From NCBI GenBank assembly GCA_036172245.1, contig JAYWIR010000004.1, positions 5,084,001 through 5,148,000 on the forward strand: DNA of 64,000 nucleotides, in the 5' to 3' direction. Shown here one piece after another: positions 12,540 through 25,200 of this stretch. The translations under genes and the position numbers were made by a program. Each line of letters starts with the position of its first letter. The first letter of the stretch is position 1. Under the pieces are notes generated by a model. That model ran no database searches. It had not been told where the DNA came from and was given only the letters and a program-made list of their open reading frames with translations. The DNA comes from Raillietiella orientalis (Eukaryota).

Positions 12540-14870
12540 CTTCCTGATCCTGTGCAGAAATGTTCTCGGTCATTGCCAACCACATCGGAGAGAACTTCCT
12601 GCCTGTAGTTTGCCCGCTGTTCGAATGGGATCTGGATGCTAGAGAAATGTATACCTTGGAAAATGGTGAACAGTCGCCAGATGATCGCAAACACTTCCTT
12701 TGGAATGAGTGGCACGCAACACGGAAAATACGTGCACAAACACTGCTTTGGTGTTTAAAGAAAGAATGAGTAGCTACAACTCCGGCCCTGCAGGTCTCCT
12801 CTTCGGAGTTGTAGCTACAGCCAGCAGCGTGCGGATAAAGGAGAAAGGCACAGGGCAAAGAGATCTGAAAGGATGGCGCGAACGAATTCTGATTTAGATT
12901 TATGCTCTACCGATACAAAGAACAAGGTACTGTTTTATTCCGGAGGAAATACACCCAGCTGCAAACCGTTTTACCACATCCGGACAAGGCGTCTGCTGCA
13001 CACAAGCACAAGTACCAAGTTATATCGCTTCTCGGCCTTTTGGCCAAGACCAAAGCCCAAAGGAGGGCAACTCTGAGGTACTAGAAGCACCTGACACATC
13101 ACACGGAGGATCCAGACCGGTTCCCGAACCCTCGCCGCACCAAACCGTTTTACCACAGCAAGGTCGCGCACGAGGTTAACAGGTCAACGAAAGGAACTCT
13201 GTCAGGAATCGAACTGCAAAAAACGCGATACAAACTAAAGAATGACCTTTTCGGCGAAAGCGAGATTTGGAATGTCATCTGTACATCTTGCAAGAAAGGA
13301 TTTGCTAAGTGATCGGGAAAAAACAGGATGAAAACAGAGTTCCTGTACTGTTGTTGTTGCTCGGGGGCCCTCATCACGCGAAGTTGCAAACCATGTAGTG
13401 ACGATCGGCAGGCGACAAATCATTGCGCATGTGGCATCGGCACAGAAAACCAAAGAAAAAAAGAAAGGAGAGAGAGAGAGAGAGGAAAACAACAAACAGC
13501 GATCAAATAGTAAGGTGCCTGCACGCAGCTAGACGTGGAAAACACTCCATTGCCTTGAGTTTTTCCGCCTGAGCCAACATGGGTCTTTAGAAATCAGAGA
13601 GTGCCAGGGTGATTAAGGATGTTCTTCTTCCTTTTCGTGGTTTCTTTGAGATCGAAAAGGCTAAATCGGAGAGTTTGTCGTACATCGGTTCGAACCCGAC
13701 GGAAAAATCCCGCAAATCAAAGCAAGAACAACATCACCAACGTGATTCGGGGGATGCAAGCTCCGCTCACTTATGGGGTGCGCAAAAAAAATGGCAAAGC
13801 GCTTCGCAGGGCGGGGAGAGACGGGAAGGGGCGGGTAGGCGGGCGGAGGTCTTCTGCAACCGGTGCATTCCGTAACTGGAAAGGAGAAATTGATACGAGG
13901 AAATCTCTTAGCAACGAATCGACGCACATTCCGCCATCCGAGAAATTTATCAGGGGACTGGGTGCCCAAAGTCAAAGAAAACGGAACCAAAGCCAATAAT
14001 TTGTGCAGTTTTAGTGCGTGAGCAGCATTTCGAGATTTTTTTGCATTCGGCATCGCTGGAGAAATCATTTATTACATGCTATGCACATAAAGAAAACAGG
14101 ATTCCAAGACTGCAGGACCACAATTGCGCACGAAGTCAGCGTTCCATTTGGTTTCGAGATGAACGAATAAAAAAAAAGACAAAAGTCTTCTGATACTCTT
14201 TTACAGCGAGGAGAGCGAAGGTCTTCCGAGTGTGCGGAGACTTTGAATTTTTTTTCTTTCTTCAAGAGACCAGAGGTCATCCACGAGATACTTTTTGACC
14301 TTGATGAAATGTTTCTCTGGAAGGCATCCACTACGACTCTGGTCAGCTGCACGATGCTGCTGCTGCAATTCCATTCGGAGATGCAGGTTCTCAGGCGGGA
14401 GCCGCTTCCACGGCAACGCCGCCACTCGAACAAGGAAGCGAAAATCGGTGAAGCCCCACCGTCGATCCACGTCGACCCGGGCAGGGTCTCGGAAGGGTGC
14501 GCGATCATCGCCGCATGCCCATGCCCATCCTGCTCGACGCACCACCAAGGCGAAGTCCACGCGCTGCACTCGCACCCTCCTTGCGAAGACCCCTGAGGCG
14601 GTTCAACCGCCACCTTCGCCTCGGCAGTGGGGAAAGCACGCTGAAGACATGGTCGGCAGTTGCGCGAACCTCAATGGGTGGCCTTCGCCCCGTCCTGCGC
14701 AGGATACGGGGACCAGCGGTTGCCATCGCCGCTAAGTCTGCATGGCAGCGGGAGGGTGTGCGTGCGGTCGCATACTTGGCCAGCGCCCTCCGAAGCATAT
14801 GGGGATACCAAGGAAGCCGCGACCGTAGAATCATGCAGAATGTCGGCGCAGAAACAGAGTCAGGGTGGTG
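12540..14870 (+). mobile_element. Highly degraded non-LTR retrotransposon (LINE) relic: endonuclease plus RT
   Basis: Motif-like stretches in the expected order across frameshifts: LFEWDLDAR..ENGEQ (GDFNAR..NENGE), NPANQSKNNITNV (DP.NYRPITL), EIDTRKSLSNESTH (FIDF.KAFDSV.H), FQDCRTTIAHEVSVPF, LQRGE (RQGD), IHEILFDLDEMFL (HLLFADD), AYLASALRSIW. By-eye only. Confidence 0.4.
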
Positions 14871-16115
14871 CCCTCGACGGAGGTGAAAGGGGGGGGGGGG
14901 AACCGTCGTCAAAGCGACGGAGGCGCTCCTGGAAAATTCTTCGCCTTCTGGTTCTTGCGAATTTTACCCCGGCAGCGCGCTGCCTGGCTCACGACCTCCG
15001 CTGCAGGTCGCTTCCTTCCGCCTTTTCTGGCGTTCCTTTTCCCCACCCCGCTGGACGGTCCGGATGTCGTGCGGACCCCCCGGCGCCCTCGCAGCTATGT
15101 CGCTTGCGTTCCGCCGTGGCTGCTGCCAGCTGGTGATCATTTGGTGGTCCTTCTTCTTGCCTGCCAGTTGGCTCCAAGCACATCTAGTTTCATCCAGGTT
15201 CATTTATTTGCTTGTTAGTGTTTGCACGGCGACTCCCCACGGGAGGTTGAGGGGCAGCTTGGGGTGTGCTTACGGGAACACTGGCAACCCTGCGAGAGAG
15301 CACCAGTTGGTAAAAGAGTAGCGAGAGATGCAACCATTCTTTGCACGTTCCAGCTTCCTCGCCTGCCGCCTGGGCGGCACAGGAGAGCGGCCGAAAACTC
15401 CAAACACGCGTCATCCGCAAGAGGCAGCACGCCCGGAGATCAGCGCTTCGTCACGCAAGGGGGGACTGCAGTCCTCCGTCACGCGACGATGCGCTGTGGG
15501 AAGAGGAAAAGGGGGAGAGAGAACTCCAAAAATTCTCCGCAGGTGAGGGAGCTCCTGGTCCTTTGCGTTCCGGCGATGACCTCAGCACCGCAGGAGCCCC
15601 CCTCCCGAAGAAGAGATGGTCGTGGATCGCGGACGAAAGAGAGGCGGTTGGGAGGAGCGCAGTTCTTCCTGCTTCTCCGAGAGATGCCCCAGGAAGTCGG
15701 GAGCCATGAAAAGGAACGCGCGAGCCGGCGACACGAGTAGGCGCGTCCGGGCTTACGCGTTCTTTTCCACTGCTGCTCCTCCCTCGTCCTCTCCTCGAAG
15801 ACGACGGAAACTCCCGCTTCCCAGCTGCGACGAAGAGAGGGATGGGAAGAGAAGGTCCTGCCGCTCGGTAGACGGGACCGGCCTTCGCGGGATCGGAGGC
15901 TCCGGAGACATGTCTCTGGCACGCGGAGCGACCGCCACGACCGCTCGGGTTTGGCGGCCACGGCTTCCGCGTCACCTGTGCGGGTGGCGGTGGAGCCCTC
16001 GGTAGGTCCGAGGTCGGCGGAGGAATGCGGCGCGGCCTCGAGCCAGAGACAGGCAGCGGCACACCTGCCCTCCTCCTCCCCTACCAGGAATCTGCTGCTG
16101 CTGTTGCTGTTCCAG

Positions 16116-16380
16116 CATCGGAAGTGGGCTTGCCGCGTGCGTGCGGCTGGCGAAATGACCTTGACCTGTGCCCAGCGGAGGCAGCAGCTCCGGGAGCACT
16201 GCACGCGCAGGTGGCTCTGCCCATCCAGAGAGCTTCCCAAGAATTTGAAGAAGGGAAGGGTAAGTCTGTCCTCTGCCCCCCCCCCTCCCCCACGCGCAGG
16301 AGGAGGCCCGCAGGCGCTTCCGCGACCTGTCTGACGCATGAGGTCTGTCCGATGGAAACGTGCTGCTGGCGAGGGGTGGT
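16116..16380 (+). pseudogene. Possible decayed J-domain (DnaJ/Hsp40) gene fragment with one 40-nt intron
   Basis: Exon-like 16116-16259, intron 16260-16299 (GTAAGT..GCAG), then EEARRRFRDLSDA followed by gcatgaggtctgtccgat (A-Y-E-V-L-S-D with small deletions) and KRAA. Upstream QVAL..HPE resembles the HPD loop. Needs several frameshifts. Confidence 0.3.
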
Positions 16381-18423
16381 GCGGACCAAACGAGGGCAGA
16401 GGGAAGGACAAGCTCAGGGCAGCGCGCTGAGCCGCGCGGACATCCCTCTTCGGAGTTGGTGACTGCACGGCGCATGGAGGAAGCACCCCTGGGAGGACGG
16501 AGGAAGAGCAAGAACATGGGAAGCAACTGGGTTGCCAAGGAAGCGGGGGAGCCGACTGAGCGCCGGAAGTGCATCGGATGAAGACGGGTGCTGCTCTGTC
16601 GGCGGTTGGCTGCTGCCAGTGTCGCCTTCCTCTTCGCCCGTTTCCTGGCTGCGGGCCCCCGTAGCACCACTGCCGACCCTTCGGGGGGCCTAGTTCTGAG
16701 AATGGGAGGGCGCCGAAGCTCCCCCGAAGAAGCCGCTGCAAGGGGAGCGAAAGTGAGCGAAGGAGAGGGGAGGGAGAAGGAAGGGATGGAATGCTGCTGG
16801 GAGGCCTCGACTTTCGAGCGCTCGCGACAGCAGCGGCAAGCGAGCGTTGTGGTCACTCCACCTCCTTGAACGCATGCGCAAGAGCGACGCGCGCGCGAGA
16901 ACCACCACCACCACCACAGCCGGTCCCCTGCGCCTTCCAACAGGTGCTTCCGATACGAACCGATGGAGGAAAGAACGGAAGTGCTTCCGCCTTGCCACTT
17001 TATTGTCATTTTTTTTGCCCTCCGCCCCACCCCGCTTCCTGTCCCGGAGGAGCTTCCACTGCCGGAGCTGAGAGGTGCAGCCACCCGCAGAGCAAAACGG
17101 GGTGGCGTGATCCCTAGTACTGTAGAAATGCGTGCTTTTTATTCCAGGTCCGGGTATAAACATTACGTGGAGACCACTCAACACCTCCGGGGCGCGGTGC
17201 GGCCGACGCGCGGTGGTCGCGCGCGGAACAGCACCGTGCTATGACGCTGGAGGAACTGACCTGTCCGATCATTTCCTCCAGCGATCATTTCCGTTGTGTG
17301 GAGGATGGCCGTTGTAGGTGAGGGGGAAGTGGGGGGGGGGAACAGAGGGAGGGAGGGAGGGAGGGGGGGAGAAGAGCACCCTTCTTCGTGGCGACCTAGC
17401 GCGCGGGCACAAGCACGAAAATCCGGGAAGAAGACGAAATTCGGACGCGCGGCTACACGGAGCTCCTTTTCGGAAAGCGCGCACGTTGCACCTCGGGCGG
17501 TGTGGCGGAGGGGTACCTAGGCCACACGCACGCAGCGAGGACTCTTCTTGCTAGAAATGCGCCCGATAGGAACGCGGAAGAGGGACGAGAAAAGGGAGAA
17601 GGAAGTGGGCATGAAAGAAAAGGGAAAGCGGGACGTTTCTTTTTTTTTTTTTCTTATTTTTTTGTTTTGTTTTCACCCGCACATAATGAACGCGCGCGCG
17701 CGTACAAGAGCACTGAAAACCACCAGCGTCCACCAAACTAAGGGTCCCGCACACACTCCGTTTCTATCACATGTCATACGTATTCGGATCGGAGCCGCCA
17801 CGCGGCGCGCGCGTCGCATCGGACCTCTCGCACGCGCGTCCACGAGCACCATGGGGGCGGAGAGGAGGCAGCGCTGTTGCTGAACGGAATAGGGAGGGGG
17901 GAGTGGCCACTGTCGTGCCCGTGGGCACTCCGCGGCTGCAGCGATGGCGAAGGGAGCAGTGAGGAGGGGGGGAGGATAGGCGAACGAACGCCAACGTGCG
18001 GCAGCAGCGTGAAAGGGTGGAAGGGTCTTTGCCGCTGGAGAGAGCGGCGGGAACGGGAGAGCGCGTCTTTCCCTCCTGCTCCTGCTCCTCCTCCTGAAGA
18101 CGACGGGAACTCCCGCTTCGACGAAGATGGGAGAAAGGAAGGGATGGGAAGAGCGAGCCCTGAGGCTCGTACCCGCTTTGGTGCGCTCCGCGCCTCGGTC
18201 GGCGGATGAGTGGGCCTGCCGTGAGGGGAAGAGGAAGGGCAGGAGGCGTCGTCTTCGCCACGCAGCCACTGCTGCTGCCGCATAGAGTGCGGGGAAAACC
18301 GCGCGCGCGCACGAATCTTGCGTTCGGCCGTGGGTACTCCTGGGCCGGCCCTCCGCCGCCGCCCATCTCCCTGCACCAGATAGAAAAAAAAAAGGAAAAA
18401 AAAAAAAAACACGTGTGCGTGGG

Positions 18424-18522
18424 AGACGGGAAGAAGGCGGAACCTGCAGGATGGAAATCGCCCCGAGAAGACGGGAAGAAGGCGGAACCTGCAGGATGGA
18501 AATCGCCCCGAGAAGACGGGAA
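18424..18522. repeat. Perfect 45-bp tandem duplication (about 2.2 copies)
   Basis: agacgggaagaaggcggaacctgcaggatggaaatcgccccgaga at 18424 and 18469, partial third copy at 18514. Confidence 0.95.
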
Positions 18523-19235
18523 AGAAGGAAGGAAAAAAAAAAATCTGTTCCCGCGTCGTGTGTCGCTCGGCTGCGCGCACGCGCACCGAGCGTGTAACCT
18601 GAGCATCAACATTGAAAAATGTTTCATCCCTGAACGAACTCCTGATTACAGTGAAAAGGTGAGCACGAGGTGGGAGGGCAAGGGGGAGGCACACCGTCGA
18701 GGCGTGGTGTGGGGAGGGTGCGTTTGGAGGGGGTGCGTGGGGGGAGCGATGGTGACGGCGATGATGAGAGGGCGACACAGCTGGGGCGGCAGCATCACTT
18801 TCAGGAGGACAGAGAGAGGAGGAGGAGTCCGCGTTGGCTACTTCTGTACAACCCTGATTGACCAACGACACGGCAGCCGACCCCCGCCTGACTAGATGAG
18901 AGAACGGTTCTTCGATATCACAGACAGTTGACTAAGCTCCGGCAGAAAGCAGAAACGGAGGGATGGGTGGAACGAATCACGGGCGGCAGGGGGACGAAGG
19001 CGTGAGGAAGTGGAAGGGAGGTGGTAAGGTGGCTGCTGATGGACGCTGCTGCACCCGGTTGATGCGACGGCGGCTGGGATGAACGCAGCCCACCTGCGAG
19101 CGGTAGCGGAGGCAGCACCACCATCACCAACACTCCTGCGCCGCCGCTTCTGCCACCGCCGTCATCGCGCCAGGAGGCAAGAGGTGGGCGTACGAGGAAG
19201 GATGGGAGGAGGAGGAGGAAGTCCTTTGCTCTCTC

Positions 19236-22200
19236 TCACTCCGGCGGCGTCGGGGGCACGTGAACGACAGGCCCGCCGCGGAACGGAACGCCGTTGCCTA
19301 CGACCAGCCGAGCCGGAGGGTCCTTGGCCTCGTTCAGGAACGCCACCATCTCCACCTCGTTCTTCTCCCTGTCCTTCTTCCTGCCACCGCTCGCGACGTG
19401 CCTCCCGTTCTGGTGGTGGTGTGGCGGCGTCCTCTTGAGGCGCGAGCGGACGCAGGTCACGGCAACGGCTGTCAGCACGACCAAGGCGAAGAAGAGGGCC
19501 ACGCAAAGCCAGGTCATGCTCCAGTCGTCCGGCTCCACAGAAGCTTTCCTGAACTTGGGGAACGACGTGGTGCTGCACGGGATGGCATCCGAGAGCTTCC
19601 CGGGGCCGGCCGAGCTGACGGCCCTCACCCGCACGTGGTACGTCGTGGCTGGGGACAGGCGACCCACCTGCAGGCGTCGGCAGAAAGAGAAAGAGAGGGA
19701 GCAGGTAGGGCGGGTCCTCCTCTCGCACCCGAGCGGGCTGCAAGAGAGAGCACCATGACATACCGTGACGGTGCGGTCAGAGGAGGAGGCGTTGACCAGG
19801 AGCCACCGAGCTTCGTCTACGCGCGGGTCCTCCGAGAGCAGGATCTGGTACTGGTGCACGACGCCGTTCGGCTGGTCGGGGCCCTCCCAAAACACCTGCA
19901 GGCTCGTCTCGTTGATGGCTTCCGTCCGCACCCTCAAGGGTGGCCCCGGAGCGGCCTCTAGCGTGACCGTAACCACGCGGCGACTATACGGACCCGACCG
20001 CATGGCTGCGTCGTGGGAGCGGACACTGAACTCGTACGAGGTATGCGGTATCAAGTGGGTCACCACCAGGCTGCACACGTGACTGGAAGAAAAGGAACAT
20101 GGCGCGGCCGAACATCACCACGGAATGGAGGAAAGGAGGGCAAGGGTAGGAGAAGAAGCAGGAAGGAGCAAAGAAGGAGGGAAGGGAAAGCCTTCTCCGC
20201 ACCTCTGGATGAGTCGATCGGGACCCTTGGGAGCCGTGCGCACCCGAACCGTGTACGCCGGCACGTTCGGGTTGCTCAAGGGGGCCTCCCACTCCAGGCG
20301 GACTTCGGTGGGACCCAGGGCCTGCACCCTCAGCTTCCGGGGAGGTTCCACGATGTCGTCCGGGGAAGGATCGTCCACGCCGCCTTCCTGACTTGTGCTG
20401 ATGACCTTAACCGTCTCTGCTCCTTCTCCCGCATCGTTGTATCCCTGGACCTGGATGTCGTACCAACTGGAGGAACCTAGAGGAGAAGAAGGGAGTTCGT
20501 GACATCTTTGGACCCCTTTTCTCCTCGTTCCTCCGACCCCTCGGATGGTGTCGGCAGACAAAGGGGAAAGAGGTGGGAGGGAAAAGACACGTACTCAGGT
20601 TGCTCAGCAGATAGAACGTGCGAGTGGCAGGCAGAACAATGGGTCCGCATTGGGCCTCCTGGTGCCTACGATAGTAAAGGTGGATGCCATCCAGAAATCC
20701 TCCCGGATTGGACCAGCTGACCTACAGTCGACTCCGATTGTCAGAGCATGGGGAGGGAAGGCGCTGCCAAGCCCATGCTTACGTTGATGACCGTGGAGTT
20801 GATGCGGGCAACCTCCACGTGCAGCGGAGGTGGCACGCTGTGCCCTGGTGGCTCCACTTCGTCCGGCATCTGGTGAAGGATCCAGCCTTTGTCCCCATCC
20901 GGGGGATAGCCCTTTGAAGTGGCCCCAACAACTTTGACCTCGTACTTCTTCCCACGCATCAGTCCTACGGAGTCCAGGAACGGGAAAAGCGCGCGCAAAA
21001 AAAGAGGGAGGAGGAGGCAAAGGAAAAGGAGGAGGAGGAAGAGAAGCAAGGGGAGGAAAAGGAGAAAATATGTTACTCTATCACCTTGGTCCAAACCCCC
21101 ACCCTCCCGGACAAACGGGAAGGCTTTCTCTCGCTTACCGCTCACGGTGTATTCGAGCACGTCGTTGGTGACCTCGTGCTCAAAGATGGGCCTCGCCTCT
21201 CCCCGGCTCTTGCGGCGCCACAGGATCTTGTACTTCACAACATGCCCCCGGGCTAGCTCGGGGGGCAGCGGCTCCCAGGACACGTGCAGCGTAGACGAGC
21301 TGTTGGACTTGAGGATGACAGAAGGAAAGCTGATCGGAGCTGGAAGAGAGGAGCGCGGGTGCAGAAACGGATCGTCTCCTTTCCTTTCCTCCCACTCACT
21401 GTCCTCCCAAGTAGCGAATGTGACGACGCGGGACGGTTCGCTCACTCCTTGCGGCCGGTAGGCCCTGATGTAAACCGTGTAGTTGGAGAAGGGACGGAGT
21501 CGTTCCAGGATCACGGGAGATTTCTGCACCACCTTTTGCTGCTCGTCGTGGTCACTGCCCACTGCGGCGTAGTGCACGCTGTAGGCGATGACGCCCGGAC
21601 TGGAAGTGGTCCAGGAGACCTCTGCTGAGGTGGACGTAAGCGCCCGCGAAGAGACCTCGTCTGGAGGGGAAGGTTCTCCGCTGTTCTCGATGCTGACCCG
21701 GAGCACGCCCGCGGCCCAGGCGTAGGGATGCTCCGGCCAGTGCGGACCGTTGCGCGGCATACACTGGTACACGCCAGCGTCTGCGCGCGACACATGCACG
21801 ACGACCAGCTGATGAGGCTCCCCGGCGGAGTCGGAGTGGTACAGCTTGTGGTGATGGTCGATGAGCAGTGGGTAGCCGTCCTTGAACCATGTCACCTTGG
21901 GTACGGGCCACCCGGCAACCTCGCAACTCAGTCGTGCAATATGCCCCACGGGGAAGCCGTCGGAGCGGTTCACCGGGCTGATGTGAAGGCTCCTGTGGGC
22001 GACGCGGGCGGGCACGGCGACTGACAGACGCACGTGCCGGTCCAGGCGGCCAATGCTGCATCGGTAGATGCCTCTGTCTTCCTCCGTCACGCTGGTCAGC
22101 AGGAGATGCGTCCGCGCGACGAGGCTGGCCCTGGGGTCCGAGGACACGGACCTGTTGTCTGCACCCTCGGGCGTCAAGGGCGCTTCGGGCGCTGCCCTTA

Positions 22201-25200
22201 CCTGGTCTCCACCATGAGGCTTCGTCCTCGGAGCGCGTGTCCAACGCGCACTCCAGAAGAGCGTCCTTTCCCTCTGGGACGGTCAGCTCCTCAGGCGAGT
22301 CCAGAAACTGCGCGGGGCCTGAGAGAGCTTCCGGGGAATCTTCGAGCACCGTGAGCGTGCCTCCAGGGCTGACCCGCTCCTGCCTCACCCGCAGGTTGTA
22401 CCCGACGCATCTGTAAAAGGAGAGGAGTGTTCGGCCACAGCGCCGCCCCTCTTGGGCTAGAACCGTACCTGTAAGTGCCCCTGTCTGACCTCTGCACGTT
22501 GTGGATCAGCAGGTTGCCGGAGTGGACGGAGTGCCTGCGCGAAAGAGAAAGGACAGCCGTAAGAGGAAGGGAAAAAGATGGGGGAGGGGAGCAAAAGGGA
22601 ACGAGGTGAGGAACGGACCTGGCGTCCGACGTCAAGGTCATGTTGTCTCTGCGCCACTCGATGCGAGCGGGAGGGACGGACTCGATGGCGCACTCCATGC
22701 GCACCGATCCACCCGCGACGACAGTGACGTTGGGTGGCGTCTTCTTGAACTCCTTGGCCAGATCTGCAAGGAGTCCCTCGCTGCCGCAACTTGTTCCATT
22801 GCTCCCAGGGTTCCCCTCTTCACACACACACACACACAGCCCACTTCCCCGAAGATTCCTGACGAACGCAAAGGCCAAGCGGACTGCCCGCCCCCCTCGG
22901 GCTCACAGGACAAACGAGTGCCCTTCCCCTCCCATCGCCTGTGTGCGCCCTTAGGGGAGGAAGAACGGAGGGAGGAGAGAGGTCAAGTACTTTGCGTCCA
23001 CGCTACCCGCCGCTGCACTCGAAAAGAGCCAATGAATGAGGCACCCTCAGTGACGGTAGTCGTCTGAACGGATAGGAGACCTCCGTTCCCGGCCGCTGCC
23101 ACCGCGGCATCCGCCTACACACAAGTCCTATTCCGGTAGCCCTCGACACGAACCTTTCTTCCGTTGCTTCGCGAGAGACGAACAGACGGTGGAAACGACC
23201 AATATTCTATCTCCTTCCTCCGAATACATACGCAGCAAAAGAGGAAAACGCGCCACTGAGGAAAGAGGGGAATACCGGAGAGCGCTTGATCCCAATCTGG
23301 AGTGCTGAGAATACGTAAGCCACAAGGCCCGCAGGGGTTGCGGCGGCGGTGGCGACGACGACAACAGCAGCAACAACAAAGAACTGCAGGTCTCTTCTAG
23401 TGAACACAGAGAACGCTTGCCATCGTTCTCGGGGATGACACGGACACACACGCTGCGCCAACCGCTTCCGGAGTAACCAGAAGCTGACTTCTCCCATCTC
23501 TCTCTTCGGCAAATTGACGGAGTTCTGAGGCATAGCACAGGCAAGGCCTCCGAGAACGGCTTTCGAAAAGTCGGGAACTAATGAGGCGGGATGATTTTCG
23601 CTTCGGAAAACGTTCCGCTTCGCTTCTGGCTGAGCTCTTCCCAGTCGTCCGCCTCGCGTGCGATTGGTTTCCTCAGACACCTTGCAGAAAGGACATCCGA
23701 TGGAGATCGACAATCGCTACCCTGTCCTCTGGTTCACTGCTTGGCAAAGCATGAAAGAAAGGGGTGCCGAAGCGAGTGCGATTACAGGCCGCACGCACCC
23801 GTTTGTTCCTTCATGAAAGAAAATGTGCTTAAGACGGTGATGAAAGCAAGAAGGATAATGACTACAGCAGGAAAATACTTCGAGAGAACTGGACTAGAAA
23901 ACGCGAAAACAACGGTAGGTAGACCAGAGAAAAGATAAGAAGACCGCAACTGAGACCTTTCGTTCCTTTGAAAACACAAACGAAAGGTCGGTTCCAGGTC
24001 ATTCGTGGGAGTTTAAGCGCATTCACTTCTTTCAGAGATTTCCCAAGTAGCGCTGAAAGAAGGCACGGGAATATCACTACGACCGAACATCAATCACAGC
24101 TTCACAACAGCAGCAACTAGAGTTTGTTGCGATCACTGTTTGCGACGAAACACAATGATCTCACATGCAAGGATAACAACTGCTGGACGAGAAGAGATGC
24201 TGCCTTCCTTCAGGTTCAGCAAGCACTTGAACTCGTTAGCAACAGGCGGAGCCCTCTTCAGACCTCGGAAAATCGTCTGCTCTTAAAGAAACATGCTGTC
24301 ATGAGAAGGCACACCGCAAAGAGCAGCTTACCTTGGAAATGAACAGTGTGCCGTTGAGGTACAAAGTATAATTGGAATTGTCCGTTATCAGTTCGTTGTC
24401 CTTCAACCAGTTCATGGACAGCACTGATGACGGGTCGGAAGAAACACAGTGGAGCTTCAGCTCCTCACCTTTCACCAAAATAGCATCCTGGGGCTCCTCC
24501 AGAAAGTCCACCAGCTCTTGACTACTCGAGCAGAACAATACATCTGCAAAGGACGGTTTTGAGTCAGCGGCTCCTCCCATCGCGTCCATGTCGAGTTCGG
24601 TATCGTGACGAACGGAGATTCGACACCAAATGCCACCACTACTGGCGCGTGCTTTAGAATTTCTCGTTCTTTCACAAGGCAATGAATCGACCACTCGGCG
24701 CAGCAACGTGCAGCAGCACACGCCAAACGCCGTCAGAAATCGTACTGCACACCTTCCTGGCCCCTTTCAGATCCCTGGAGCCTTAGAGGTCTGAAAGATG
24801 CACCACTGAGTGGGTTCTGTGCGATACTTCGGCGAGAGCGATGCAGGCTAGCTGTGAGCGAGAACCATGCACCCCCCTCTCCCCGATTCGAAATCTGGAT
24901 CGGGGCAAGTGAGCGTGGAACAGCTCCTGCCGAGCGCGCACAGAAGACGTGGAAATGAAGAAGCTGTGTACCTGTGAGCCTGCCCCTACCCTCGTGTCCT
25001 CATGTGGAAGAAACAACTGAGGAAGCAACGAGCACTAAAAAGGACCGGAGTGCAAAACCCAGCCAGCAAACCATGCATGCTCCTTGATCCACATGGGGTG
25101 CTGACCAGTATAACTCGCATCCTTAAGAGACTGGCATATTCAAGACCTGAACACAGTCCTTTCTTGCACTGTCCAAACGGGAAAAGTACAGAGCTAAATC

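Noticed and set aside
12560..12769. Death-domain-like ORF (FSVIANHIGE..FLWNEW..TLLWCL)
   Set aside because: No exon chain or start context, and it fits better as a degraded LINE endonuclease segment in order with the downstream RT motifs.
14065..18895. Long overlapping ORFs (e.g. 15479-16741, 15972-17084, 17767-18627)
   Set aside because: Arg/Pro/Gly/Ser-rich, open on both strands and crossing homopolymers; expected from stop-codon scarcity in GC-rich DNA.
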